Assembly: GCF_964194025.1 (NCBI RefSeq)
Contig: NC_134469.1
Coordinates: 58,156,172-58,220,000, forward strand
Direction: 5' to 3'
Source: Convolutriloba macropyga
Taxonomy: Eukaryota
Length of the DNA stretch: 63,829 bases
Part shown: piece by piece, positions 12,890 through 26,379 of the stretch
Layout: each line of letters begins with the position of its first letter
How positions within the stretch are numbered: position 1 is the first letter of the stretch
The notes under the pieces: generated by a model
What the model was told of the DNA's origin: nothing
What the model saw: the letters and a program-made list of their open reading frames with translations, nothing else
Databases searched by the model: none
Program-made: the position numbers and the translations under genes

Positions 12890-14626
12890 AAAACAGCCAC
12901 AACCGATAGTGAAAAGTGCAATCTCTTCAACGACTTCTTCTCCGACGTTTTCACCAAAGGTGGTAAAGTCAATTAACCCTCAGTCTACCCAAAACAGAGA
13001 CTCAACTACCTCAGAATTTCGGAAGAAGAAATTGCAAGACAACTGTTGGGCGTCCAGGCAAACAAAGCGTGCGGCCCAGACAACATCGGAAATATAATCT
13101 TAAAAAACGCCCCAGCTTTGGCAAAATCTCTCAAACTCATCTTCCAAACCTGCCTTAATAAAAGAAAATTCCCAGAGAGCTGGAAAACAAGTGAGATCCC
13201 CCCGATCTACAAGGAAAACGACAAAGCAGACATCACACATTATCGACCAATAAGTCTACTGAAGAACGTCTCAAAAGTCTTCGAGAAAGTCATCTTCGAA
13301 CGGTTTTACCCACCAATAGAAAGAACTCTCTCTGACTCCCAACACGGTTTCAGAAAGAAACGATCAGCAGTCCTTCAACTCATCCTCTTCACAGACGAAC
13401 TATACCAGCAACTTGAATCGAAAAAATGCAATGACATTCGAACTCTGTATGTTGACTTCAGAAAAGCCTTTGACAAAGTAGCGCACAAAAGACTCATCCA
13501 GAAGCTCGAGAACATTAGCCTCGGAGGAAAGCTACTCCAACTACTTGAAAGCTATCTCACAAACCGAACGCAACGAGTCAAAATTGGAACAAGCAAATCA
13601 AAGACCAGAAATGTAACCAGCGGAGTACCTCAGGGATCAATTTTGGGGCCTCTGATGTTCATCATCTACATTGACGATCTCCCCGAAGAAATCTCAGACA
13701 TCCCGGCCTTCGGATACGCGGACGATTTCAAAGCAATTACCCACGGTGAACACGAATGCGAGACCACTCTCGGGGAAATACAGAAATGTAGCAAAGCAAA
13801 CCATATGGACATAAATGTTAGCAAAAGTAAAACTCTCCTCATCAGAGGGGATCTAGCCGAGCGTGACGAGGCAGGTCTGGAAACCGTTGCCACCCAAAAA
13901 GATCTTGGAGTCGTAATGTCTCGAAATCTCTCTTGGAGCGCAAACTGCCAACTTAGAACAAACAAAGCGTGGAAAGCCTTCTACACATTCAAACGAAATG
14001 TTTCGAGCAGAACCTCAATGGAAACGAAACTGAACGCTTACATAGGATACGTAGTGCCCGTACTCACTTACGCATCCCAAGTCTGCTACCCTTCGACGAC
14101 TAACATGAAATCAAGCAGATGAAATCGAGAAGATCAAGCAAAAGGCAACAAAGTGGATATGCGGTGGAAACGACGAATACCATCAAAGACTCGAAACACT
14201 GAAAATACTCCCACTCTCCATGTACATGGAAATGCACGATGTCCTCTATCTCCTCTCAATCCTAGAAGGCAATTACTACGTCCCCGAAGACAAACTGCCA
14301 AAGCGAAAAGAAAACGAAACAAGACAAAAGCAGGAATTTGAACTCCCCAAACACCGACTACATAAATCAGACGAAAACTTCTTAGAGCCGCAAAGCTATA
14401 CAACATCATCAGTAGGACAACGGAGAAGCCAATGACGAAGAAACTTCTGACAGAGATGTACCAAAACTATTTCCACAGAAGCTACAACGAACTCGACAGC
14501 TGCACTTGGAGACTTCTATGCAACTGTGGAATCTGCAATCCAATGAAAAAACTCGTGCCAAACGAAAACTGAAGGGTTCCACACCCGAGGGCTCCGACCC
14601 TAAAGACTCTCCTACTACTACTACTA
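12890..14626 (+). mobile_element. 5'-truncated CR1-clade LINE, RT nearly intact, (CTA)n tail
   Basis: EKCNLFNDFFSDVFT, KACGPDNI, YRPISLL, QHGFR, DFRKAFDKV, SGVPQGSILGPLMF, YADD, KDLGV and C-terminal CTWRLLCNCGIC. Tail CTACTACTACTACTA at 14612-14626. ORF broken by a small duplication near 14105-14125. Confidence 0.92.
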
Positions 14627-14727
14627 CAACCTTGTACTTGACCCTCGTCTATATATTTGGTACGAGAAGTACCCAAGAGCAAGTCCGAGCAGCTGGAGGG
14701 AAGAGGGTTGGCATCAAAACGCCCCGT
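14627..14727 (-). pseudogene. SGNH/GDSL esterase ORF, 5' half (block I)
   Basis: DLLLGTSRTKYIDEGQVQG matches block I G-x-S (Ser codon 14665-14667). Joins in frame to 12889 when the CR1 is removed. Confidence 0.7.
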
Positions 14728-15118
14728 TCACGGAGGCTTCTAACATTCAAAAGACAAGAAATTGTTCTAAAATTGAAATCAGTTAGAATGATACGACCTG
14801 ATCTGATGAGTCGGGGTGGGAGATTGTTTCACTCGCCTACGGCTGGGGTGGCGAGGCTTGAAACGGTGTAGGTTTGATTCAGCCCAGCGCCCATGCGTAT
14901 TTGAAAACACAGCGGAGGTAAATTTGTTCGGGGGCTATTTAATAAGTTTATCACAACAATTAGGCTAAGTGTAATATTATCCCCAAGTGTAATAGTTGTT
15001 GATCAAGTCTATTTCAGATACAGGCTATCGTGGCATTTGGCAGCCATCACGGGGCCTGTGAAGAAGAGGCGTTTTTTATCGGCTACAAATTTTATCGTAT
15101 AATTTATCGAGGGCAATA

Positions 15119-18100
15119 ATGTCTGCTATCAGGAGACTGAAAAAAGAACTTGAGGATGTGAGACAGCCCGAGGGCGTTACATCTTCGTTCTTTTATAATC
15201 TAAAGGTCGATGAAGCGAACGTACTGCATTGGGAAGGAATTATCGTATCGGACAAAGAACCGTACGCAAGCAAAAATGGCAAGAAAGTAAGACACTCATC
15301 TTATTGTTCCAACATTTTAGTGTTTTGCTGCACAAATCTCCTGCTTTTGCTAAACAATTCTTTTTGCATGCAACTGACGAAAAGAAGTAAAAGTCCCAAC
15401 TGGGCTTGCAAAAGTCCCAACTTTTTCAAAGATCAAATTTCTGAGAAGCGAATATATTCAAGTGCAATGCATGGCGTGAGGATCTCATAATATCTCTTAT
15501 TACTGCGATGAGCCAGTAACTTCTTTTTAATTGCTCTTGAGCGCAGTTCATAGCAATTATAGTAAACGTGTGTGTCTTTTTTTATGCAAATTTTTCGCTT
15601 GACAGTTTTGCGCTTTTCTTCTAGAACATTCTTTGACTTCTCAAGTGACTTTTTCACGCTTTCGTTCTTCATTTTTGAGTGATCTCTATTGCTCTGAAGT
15701 AAAGCTAATATAAATTCGGTTGCAGAATAAGTGAGCAATGTGCTCTGTAGCGCAGTGGTCAGTAGTCGTGGCTGTGGATCGGGAGGGCAGTGGTTCGAAT
15801 CCCGGCGGAGGAAAAATTTTTTTGCACCCATTATTTGATCTAGGCTACAGCCCCTGAATTAAATTGCCTCGCCTGTCGTTCAAGAGCAATTCTTCCGACA
15901 TTTGTCGGTTTATGTTCTCATCAATTGTTTTGTTTATGAATTTTGTTGCAATTATATTACTCCTGCCGTCTTTTTTAATACGATTTCTCGCTTGATTTAT
16001 TTTCGTCTGACGCTTTTGATTTTTTAAATAGCCGCCCTCATCTTCTCAGCCGGCTATTACAGCTGTTTGTAAGATCTGTTCACACATTTTCATAATTTTT
16101 GTGGTCACATTGGAGAAGCGATTTGGTCACGCCGAAACAGGAAGTGGAGCGAAAATGCGAGTGGTTTCGCGGCGTGCATTTTTAAACTCAAATTTCGGAA
16201 GTAGAGTGGAAAACGATGTTTGAACAAAAATGTTGTTTCTCGATCGTGATTTTTTTTGTTCACATGAGGCAATTTGACTTTAATTCTTGCTTGTTTTTTT
16301 ATTTTTTTGATGAGATTTTTTATGTGGTTTTCCCAATCCATTTATTTTCCATTCCATTCTAGGTCTAGTCTTTTGTCAATGAAAATTCGGGTCTTTCACA
16401 TTATCGCATACCCAGCTTAGTGGTCTGATAACCTAAGCACCCCCCAATCATGGTAAATATACCATAATGGGGAGGGGGTATAATTTCATTGGGGGGCTGC
16501 AATGGGAAAGACTTAAAAATTCTTTGAATTGTGTCAGGACTTGTCCCGCTATGTTTTTAAGATGTTTTCACACATTTTTCTTATGACCTTTAGCTTTCGA
16601 AATGCGACACACAGGTAAAGCTCGGCGTGCGTTAAGTTACGATAGATGCCCTCAGCTACAAAGTGCTTAATGTTCTGAAGCTGCTGGTTATTTCTAAATT
16701 GAAGTTGAAAAGGTCATTTTTTGAAGTGTTGACCAAAAAATTGTGCTGTCTTGTTTTTCTCCATTTTTTGTTTTGTTTTTAGAACGGTTCTTCAGTTGAC
16801 ATTAGTTGGGTGAGCTTGTAGTCTCGTGAAAGCTAGAAAAGTTCTTCATACCTGTTTTCTGTGGCATAGGTTATTGTAATGAAAGTGAAATACCAAAAGG
16901 TGTAGTGATTTTTGCAAAATTTTAAGTTTTCTAAATTTTTTGACGTTTCAATCTTTAAGGGCCAGTGAATCTTTAAGTGCTTAAGGATGGGTTACTGGAT
17001 ATTTGTAAGTTTTGAAGATATTAATATACGGAATTTTAGCGAGTTTTTATTTAAGTTTGCAATTTTCCTCAAATGTTTTGAAATTTTTTCGTGAAAGTTT
17101 TTCGAGTTTTTCGATCACTATGAGCCAATGAGCTTGAAGATGTGCTAGTTGATATTTTGAAACCAAATGGTGTTTAGGATATTAATATCAATAATTGTAG
17201 TCTTTTTAATTAAAACTTACCCGTTTTCAGTTTTCGTAACATTCTTTGCGATTATTTTGAGTTTTTGAATATTTAGGGGCAATGATTTCATTATAGGACT
17301 ATCGGATGGGCTACTGGTCAATTTCAAGCTACGGTAAATTAGTCTTAAAAATTTTATTATCAATAGCCGCGAAGCGATAGCGGCAATTATTGGTGACATC
17401 GTGTTTTTTTTTTAATTCGTCTCCATCGCTGATTCTTACGACCTGACCTTGTGGAATTTACTTTTTCAATGACTTCAGTGACTTCTACTGATTTGCAGTT
17501 AAAATTTGTGTACGTCACGTCATTTCTGCTTTTAGGTCAATTGCGTGACTTGCCTCACTAAGAAATGACTTCTGAACTCATTTATAGAACTTTAAATTTT
17601 ATGAACATTTACTAGTCAATAGTTGCATCTAAGTAGTGCCAAACTTTTATGCCCTAATTCTTGATTATTAGTCTGAATTTTGAAAAAGCTCTTTTGGGCT
17701 TTTCTTTATAGACCGTATGTGTCATAAAATTGACAGTCCGAATATAACCCAAAAAGTTTAGTGGTCTATTAAAGTTTGGTGGTCTATCTGTCTATCTTAT
17801 TTCTTTAGTTGTTTCAATTGATGGAAGGCCACAAACGGCTATTTTCCGGCAATCTGCCGGCTATGTTCAGAAAGTTTTATCGACTTAGACAATATGCAGC
17901 AATTTTACTTGTAAGTTTTTACAATATTTTTTTGGTCATTTTTAAATTTCCTGAACTCAAGCAGTCAATTATATTTTTGATTTTGGTAGTGCCTTTCGTA
18001 AATAATAGCTTCGCAAGTTTGGTTTTGAAGATATTGATATCAAGAATCCGTAGCAATTCTTTAGTATTTCCTGCAAGTGTCAGTTTCTTTGTTTTTGCCT

Positions 18101-21100
18101 GCTTCTCCCTGTATATGCTTGTCTATACATCAAGCAAGTAAGTTTTGTCTTTGATTCCAAGTTTTGACATTTTCTTTTGAAAAACGTGTTATTCAGCCCG
18201 CTTATTCTGGAAATGAATACATTTTGAAAGCCGTTATTTTTCCTTCATTTGTAAAACTATGTTTGTCTTTTTGGTTTGTAATGATCATTTATTCTGCTGG
18301 GCAGACAGTGGAGTGTTTATTTTTAATTGCACTTGAACGAAATTTATAGCAATTATTTTAAACGTGTGTGTCTTTTTTATGCAAAATTTTCGCTTGACAA
18401 TTTTGAGTTTTCGAGTGACTCTTACGCCCCTGACTTCTTGCGTTTCGCGTGATCTAAAATTCTCTCTCAATCACAATTTCAAGCAGCTGAACTCAATTGG
18501 CGGCAATTTAATACTAAAATTCAAATGAAAAATGCGTCGAAACTGTCATTTTTACTTTAAATCTTAATAGTGGTATATGTTAACTTCCAATGTGGTTTTT
18601 GAAGCCCACTATTGAACTTCTTAGACCAATTTAGGCTCCCCCTCCCCCCCCCCCCCCCCCCGGGACTGAAGCAAGCTGCAATTGATTAGAGCTCCCACTA
18701 GTCGTTCGAGGGAAATTCTTCCAACATTTAGTCGGTTATGTTATGTTTTCATTCAATTTTTTGGATTGTATTTCAGGAAGTGTCCTGTTTTGTTTTTTAC
18801 TTTGTCGATTAGTTTGGATGGCTCTACCGTAAGTCTAAGCTTGTTCAAAATTCTGAGTGACATCTTTTTGACTTAGGCTAATTTTGTTCTTCGCTCATTC
18901 TGCTCAAAGTGCGTTTGAACAGCAGTTGCTGAGCAAAACAATCTGAAATGAAATAGAACGGGACAAGCAATTAAAGTCCCACTCTTAGATGCCCGCTACT
19001 TGAACTTTAGATCCCGGTTATCAGTGTTTGTTGGTATCCTTCGAAGCTTTCTTGTAATTGACCTTTTTATTGATTAACCGTAAGGGTTTGTTAGCTAATT
19101 TAATCAGAAGTGATATTTTGCCCTCAAATCAGCCCATTCTAACTTTTTTGACACAAAAGAACCCTCTAAATCTTTCTACACATCTCTTTTTTTGCTCAAA
19201 AGAATTTTATCGGAAAATGTTTAAGACGAGATCTGAAAATATTCACAGAATCGCAGCTGGTTTGCTTAGTTTTTCAGCAATATTTCCGTTTTTCCCTGTA
19301 TAAGGATATTAACCTCGGACTCCATTGCCGTGAGGAGATCCTATTGAAATTCAGTACAAGTAGCAAATTTCTACCAAAAATTGTTACTTTTTAATGAAGG
19401 TTTTTTTGCTTAAAGAAGGTCTCACATTTTTAAAGAAATCACTGGTCCCTTTTCTGCCATTTTCTCACATACGAAATGTAACGCTCTTTTGTTAAGCTAG
19501 GCAATATCGAGGCAGATTTTTCCTCTACACGGAAATATCTGAATGGCTCAAAGCAGTGCCTGGGATCAAACTTTTGCTGTTAAATAACTGAGCGGAGCTG
19601 TTATCGGCTTTCTTTTGCTGTTTCGTTTCACCGTCAACTTTTTTCTGATGGCGAGTTACATAATTTTTCAAACAATTTTTGGGGAGACGGTTTTTTCTAA
19701 AGTTTTGGGGGCTTTAATTCTATTGATCCATTGTTTTTTAGTTATATATGTTCAGTATTTTTTTCTACATTCTGATCACTTCGAATGACCGTTTTGGCAA
19801 ATACATTTTTTGTGGGAATTTGTTGTTTTTTATGCAGCTAGCTCACTGACTACAGGGTCACTATAGACATCACATGCTTAAACAATTTAAAAAGATAAAC
19901 AAGGTTGGTTATAACTTTGTTGTACGTTGACGATTCATAATTACAGTTGGATTATTCTGTCTTCATTCGTTTAAATTATTTGCTCTGGGCAACTATCGGC
20001 TCAAATAGACAGTGAAAACTTTGTTTAGATGCTAACATCTTCCATATAATCGATAAGTTTTCTCCTAGACTTCATATCCATTGATTATTAGCCGCAAAGC
20101 AATAGCTGAAGTTAATATTAGCCTTCTCATGGTTTTTTAATATTAGCCTTCTCATAGCTGAAGTTAATATTAGCCTTTCTCATAACAATCACTTCAAATC
20201 TGCTTTTTATTCATTTGTTTATGCAATTTCAACTTAATTGCATGCGTGAATTCATTTTTCATTCTTAGTGCTGTGTTTTTTTGTTCATTTGCGTGATTAA
20301 ATTTTTTGTCCCGCGTGTACCTCTCTCCCAAAAATGACTTCCTTACTGTGAAATTGACCTTTCTTCAGTTCAAAGAGATAAGTTCAAGTACGTGAGTATC
20401 ACTCAAATTTAAGGGAATCTGAGGGCAGCTAATAGAAGCAGCAATAAGTTAAACAGATTGTAAGGCAAAAGAAATATCCTAGCATTTAAAAAAAGTTTCT
20501 TTTCTGGTCGGTTTGTTTTATATTTGCGGTACTGCTGATACACGCAGCTATTGCGGCTTGGTAGTCTGCCAGCTCTGTTTTTTGTGATATAATTAAATGG
20601 CTTCAATTATTTTGCAGCCTTGTTTTTTCTGAACATTTACTATCGTTTTGACAAATATAACAAAAATCTTGGAGCTTGTCCCTAAATGTAATTGTCGTAG
20701 CTGCTGAGAAGACCTAAAATCATAAAGGGGAGCAATTTGGAGCGCCTCACTCCTACCATTGATCTGCCGTAAATCCTGAGATGAACGACTGCCATTTAGG
20801 GTGGTGGGGGCTTTCTTTTAATTGACCTTTTTGTTTCAATCGTAAAGGTTTGTTAGCTAATTCAACCAGAAGTGATTTTTTTTGCCGTTATATCATACAA
20901 TAGCTTATCTGGGCACAAAATAAACTTTTTTACACCTATTTCTACACCTTTTTTCTGCTCAGTAGTTTTGTTGAAAAATAATTAAGAAGTGATCTGAATA
21001 TATTTGCAGAATTGCAGCTCGTTTGCAAAGTTTTTCGGCCGTTTTTTTTTACTCTATAAGTATAGTAACCTCGGACTCCATTGCCGTGAGGCGCTCATTC

Positions 21101-23711
21101 AAATTCAGTACAAGTAGCAAATTTCTGTCATTTTCTACCAAAATTTGTTACTTTTATAATAAAGGTTCTTTTGCTCAATGAAGTTTTTACATTTTTAATG
21201 AAATAAATGGGCCTTTTCTGCTATTTTGTTTTCTTACATACGAACAATATCGCTCTTTTCTTAAGCTAGGCAATGTGGAAGCAGATTTTTTCTCTACCAA
21301 ATATCTTCTGAATGGCTGAAATCAGTACCCGGGATCAAATTTTTCGCTATTTTCAAAAGCTGAGTGAAGCCATTTTTGACCTTCTCCGTTTTCATTTCAC
21401 TGTCAACTATTTTCTCCTGAGTACGTATTTTTTCAAACTTATTAGAGAGTTTGTCATTTGCTTGAATCATTTTCTGGTGGCTCGTGATTTACCACGCTTC
21501 AAAGTGACTCTGCTTACTTAAATTGAATGATTTTAAGGATGCGGTAATTGAAAGTCCATCGAAGCCAATTTTTGTAATAAGTTAAAATTAATTATAGACA
21601 TCTCAACATTTTTTGGAGAGACTAAAGTTTTGGGGGGGTTTAATTGTCTTGATCACTTTTTGAGTAATTTTCCTGTGTTTAGTTTTTTAAAATTTTTGAT
21701 AATTTCGAATGACCCTTTCTCGCTGGCAAATTCATTTTAATTTTGTTTTGTTTTTTATGTAGCTAGATCACTGACTGTTGACTATTAAGTCACTGTAGAA
21801 GTCATTGATGATAAATTTAAAAAAATGAATACGATTGGTGATATTTTTGTCTAATATTGATAATTCAAATTAACCATTGGGTTACTCTGTCTTCAGGAGT
21901 TTACATTATTTTCTCTAGTCAATTACTGACTCCAAGAGACAGTAAAATCTTCGTTCAGATACTAAAGTCTTCTGTATAATCAATAAGTTTCCATTTTCTA
22001 GACTTCATGTCAATTGATTGATAGCCGCAAAGCCTTTTCAAGGCTTATTTCGTCGAAAGGATTTTTGTTACGACCATATAAGATCGCAATCACTTCAAAT
22101 CTGCTTTTAGTTCGTGCTATTTCAACTGATTTACGTACGTGACGTCTGTTTTTTCTCTTAGTGGAGTGTGACTTACCTCGTTCTCAAAAATGACTTCCTC
22201 ACTCTGAAATTGGTTTTTATTTAATTCAGAGATAAAATGTGATCGTCAAGTGATCGTCACTGCAATTGATGGGTATTTCAGTGCAGCTAATAGAAGAAGC
22301 AATAAGTTAAACAGATTCTAAATCAAAATAAACATCTCAGCATTTTTTAAAAAGTTTTTTTGGACTGTTTCCTTTTACTATCTTTTTGGTACTGCAGATC
22401 AACTGAGCTATTGCGGCTGTTTTCAGCAATCTGCCAGCTATGATTATTTTGATAAAAAATAACGTGGCTCAATTATTTTTTGACCTTTTTTTTCCCGAAA
22501 ATATACTATTGTTTTGACAAATATAAGAAAAATCTTGATTGACAAAAAAAATCAAAAACTATTTATTTTGTTCAATCCTTGTATTGATACATATAGCTGC
22601 ATTGCTCTATAATTCATTGTTCTACCCTCAGTGTTTACCATTTTCTGTTCGAATTTATGAGAATCAAGGTGGCTATTTTCCTGCAGTCTGCTCGTATGTT
22701 TTTTGTCCTGGAAAACAGCCGAGGCCTGGGTTTTAAGCGGCTGAGCAGCTCTCTTAGAGCTGTCTCTGAGTGTAAAAATTCATTGAAATTCTTTTGTTTA
22801 ATCAAAGGATAAAAGTTTCCTCAATTTGAATCTTTAATGATTTCAATATTTAGTTCAACGAAAAAAAGTTCAATGAAATTGTCCTATAAGCTTATTTTTG
22901 AAGCAATACTAAAAATCGTCGGGATGACGGACACTAATTTCACAGGTTCATAAAGCTTTCAATTTGTTTTCGTCTTCTTATTTTTGAAATCGCTGGCTCT
23001 AAAATTACATGCGTGTTTGCTTTAAAAAAATGCATGGACCGCTATTTGAGTAAGAATTTTTTCAAGCTGACCGTTGCGGCTATTGAATTTTGCTGTCAAA
23101 AAGTTTGAGGGCCTAAATTGGTTTGGAGACTTAAAATCCTAAAGCGTCATTTTTTAAGACTGAAACATGCAGCTGATTTTGTTTTGATTTGAGACTTCCG
23201 AATGAGCATGTGCTGAATGAGCGATTGAATAATAGTGCACTCGTTCAACCCATGACCAAAATAGCCACCACTGTTGAAAATTTCTATGAAACGCACGGAA
23301 TTGCATGAGGACTCTTGTTTTTATCTAATCGAGTAGTGATTAAAAAAATTGACAATTGCGTATTATTAAAGCTTTGAAATTTAAGCACGGAATTGGTTTC
23401 AGGGGTTCCGCCTAGAGATGAATTTTCCTCCTGAGTATCCTTTCAAGCCACCCAAAGTGTTGTTCAAAACGAAGCTTTACCACCCAAACATAAGCGAAGA
23501 CGGTCAAGTGTGTTTGTCTATAATTACTGCAGAAAATTGGAAACCAGCTACAAAGGCTACCCAAATATTATTGGCTCTCAATTCTCTTTTTGAAGAACCA
23601 GAAACGAGTGGAGCTGTGAGGCCTGATGTTGCCGAAATACTCGCTAAAAATCGAGATAAGTTCAATGCAACTGCACAAGAATATGTGGAGAAGTATGCGG
23701 AAGCTATCTGA
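15119..23711 (+). CDS. UBE2L3: Ubiquitin-conjugating enzyme E2 L3 (UbcH7)-like, 158 aa; exons 15119-15286 and 23403-23711
   Basis: RRLKKELE..VDEANVLHWEGIIV..PY | GFRLEMNFPPEYPFKPP..YHPNI..GQVCL..ENWKPATK match UBE2L3; catalytic Cys present. Phase-0 GTAAGA...TTTCAG intron of 8116 bp. Confidence 0.93.
15742..15823 (+). repeat. tRNA-derived cassette (A and B boxes, T run) inside a dispersed repeat
   Basis: A box TAGCGCAGTGG 15748-15758, B box GGTTCGAATCC 15792-15802, anticodon-position GTG, T run after it. Stems are imperfect, so probably not a functional tRNA. Confidence 0.75.
16070..16560. repeat. Dispersed repeat, also present at ~32650-33170
   Basis: Shared GGTCACGCCGAAACAGGAA.TGGAGCG.AAA.GCGAGTGGTTT block and flanks. 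Confidence 0.85.
17364..17875 (+). mobile_element. Helentron-associated-like short element
   Basis: 5' hairpin TAGCCGCGAAGCGATAGCGGC; 3' CGGCTATT followed by stem-loop CCGGCAATCTGCCGG. Related ends at ~20088-20580, ~22021-22450 and ~33600. Confidence 0.55.
19056..22540. repeat. Diverged ~1.75-kb tandem duplication within the UBE2L3 intron (19056-20671 vs 20820-22537)
   Basis: Collinear shared blocks, e.g. AACCTCGGACTCCATTGCCGTGAGG and GCAGCTAATAGAAG.AGCAATAAGTTAAACAGATT. Confidence 0.88.
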
Positions 23712-24789
23712 TTACAGCCTTGATATGACCTTTTATAAAGTTAATTTCATTGTCCTCGATCATTCAATTTTGTCTAAACAAATTGTGTTTAAAAATGTAA
23801 TTTTGTGCCATTTGAGTAGCTGGATTAAGTTAAATTGACATTTCCTTTTGTTTTGCTCTTTTTCATTTCCGCGTTTGAGGTAATTTGAGTTCAGGCGAAA
23901 AGTATTACATCAATATCAGTGCTGAATAATAAGGGACATCGACATTACACAGATCCACTTGATGAGACTGGTTGTGCCACAGAAAGAACCTTGGTAGGTT
24001 GGCAACGAATTTCATTTTTAACTCCGAATCAATATCTGAAATAAGGAAACGCTCATCCAAATTTTTAATTGTGTACCAAATGAGGAAGAGATATGAAAGA
24101 AATATTCACATACTCTTCGAAAATGATTAGTGTATGAGTAAAAAAAATAAACAAAAATCCCGAAAATGAATTAATGCCACATCAGGGGGCCGATGACTCC
24201 GATTAATGAGACTACGAGACAAGGCAGATAACAAAATAAAACAACAACAACACATTCATTACGGCAAAAACTCGATATATTTTTAAAAATTTAGTAACAA
24301 CGCCAAAATCCAGTAAAACCTAAACTAAACAATTTAACTTTAACTTCACTAAAAATCTAACGGTACCTGTCCTTCATGAGACTATTTAACAAGTCGACAA
24401 AAGTAAATAAAAAAAGGGGGCAAAGTTTATATTTCAATTTTTTGGAACCAAATATTTCAAGTCAACAACAAGAAGCTTTCAAGTAACCAATACTATACAG
24501 TTTCTAATGTAAATCCTTAGGAAGCCAATGGGACCTGTCATAGGACTTCAATACAGCAAATGCTGGCACAACTCGGAAATTCGCGAGAAAAATTACAAAA
24601 ACTGTCGAAAACATTAAAACAAACCATCTGTTATTTATCTTTGTAAGCAAAATTTTGTGTTTCTGTTCTAGAATATTCTTCGACTTCTTAAGTGACCTTT
24701 TCACACTTAAGTTCTTTTTTGATTGATCATTTCGCTCTCCTGGAATGAAATTCGTTGCTTGAAGGAAATGTTAGTTAAAGGAAATCAAA

Positions 24790-24868
24790 GCCTTTGTAGC
24801 TGAGTGGTTAGTATGTCCGGCTGCCGACCAGGAGGTTCGATTTCGAATCCCAGTCGGGTAATTTTTTT
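24790..24868 (+). repeat. Second tRNA-derived cassette, same repeat family as 15742
   Basis: TAGCTGAGTGG A box, TTCGAATCC B box, anticodon-position GCC, T run; same flanks as the 15742 copy. Confidence 0.7.
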
Positions 24869-26379
24869 GCACCCAAAAAAATTCTAGGCCAAGCCCCCTC
24901 TAAATTAAATTGCCCCCGTCTGTAGTTCGAGAGCAATTCATCCAACGTTAGTCAGTTTGTTTAACTAAAAACTAAAATGATTGTTTGGAATCTGTGAACT
25001 GTTTTCATTACGAGAACATATTTTTAAAGTCAAAATATCAGTTTAACCATGAAACGAGTAAATAATTCTGGCTTCACAAGAAAGTTGATTGCGGCTGTAT
25101 TTGATGAGACTTAAACTACGACTTGATAAGAAGAAAAAAGATTTTTTTGAAAACAATTCGAGTCGAAGTCAAGACAATTAGCTATCAACCGAGGGCAATA
25201 AATAGGTCACTGTTACTCTGTTAGTGCGATGTCTCGAGCAGAAAAAACAATGGTTTCGTCCAGTAAACATCCAACCTTGTCAACTGACAAAAATGAGATT
25301 TCGAGTTTAACTAACTGTCCAATTTTCAAATCAAACTTTAAACATAAGGTCCCTCAAGCAACAAAGCCTTCTGGTTATCCAAGCTTGCCTAATTCGTTAA
25401 TTTTTTTAATTGATCCAATTTTTAAATTAAACTTCAAAAAATAAGGTCCTTCAAGCAAGAAAGTTTTCTGGTTATCTACACTTGGTGAATTGGTTAACCC
25501 ATTTTTAAAAGGGGCAAAGTTTTTAAATCCATTTTTCGGAACCAAATCATTTCAAAGGTCATAAACAAGAAGCTTTCTAGTAACCAATACTATATAGATT
25601 CTTATTTAACTTCTTAGGAAGCCAATAGGACTTGTCATTAGACTAAATAACGATAAATACAGGCAGATCTCAGAAATTGATAACTGCCATTATTCTGTTT
25701 ATACAATGTCTCGAGCAGAAAAAGATTTGGCCCAGTAAGCAGCTAAGTGTCAACCGACAATTTTTAGAATTTGAGTGTAACTTCCTGTCCGATTTTCAAA
25801 CCAAACATCAAAAATAAGGTCCTTCAATTAACGAAAATTTCTGGTTATCCAAGTTTGGTTAATTGGGTAACTTTTAAATTTGGAAATATCAAAAAGATAA
25901 GATTAAGTGTGCTAAAAAAATTGGTCAATCGATTGAGCAAAATTAAATACAGCAAGAATGGCGGAAGAACTCAAAATCAGAAGCAGAGTGTTGAAATTCA
26001 ACGAAAAAAAAAGTTGGCTTCTTGGCGGGTAATCCGGGACATCTGATTAGGAAAAGATAAGAGCACAGGACTGTGATTTTTTAAAAATCCAAAAAATTGA
26101 AGCTAATGACCCAACTTCAACTTTTTATGGTAGCGTCTACCTTTGGTAGAGCAGAAAATAGAGGAAAACTGTACGTGAAAATGCAGAAAAAATCTGGACA
26201 AGAACGTTTAAATATACTGGTTTCACATTTACGCAAACAAATCACTGTTTCTCAAGATTTTTTTACGGAGAAGCAGTGAAAAAAAAATAAAAACAAGAAA
26301 TTGCAAACTTTCGAAACTGGAAACGTTTTTCCATATTAGTGGCGTCGAAGTTAAAAAGAACACGTTACCTGTTATAAAA

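Noticed and set aside
14630-14700. Apparent minus-strand exon encoding a TM helix (LLGLALGYFSYQIYRR)
   Set aside because: Another frame gives SGNH block I, which rejoins in frame across the CR1; that is the better explanation.
14803-14870. Hammerhead-like CTGATGA...GAAAC
   Set aside because: Stem II closing pairs and stems I/III do not form; the region lies antisense to the esterase upstream linker.
15742-15812. Functional tRNA-His gene (and tRNA-Gly at 24790)
   Set aside because: Acceptor, anticodon and T stems are mispaired; both sit in the same dispersed repeat.
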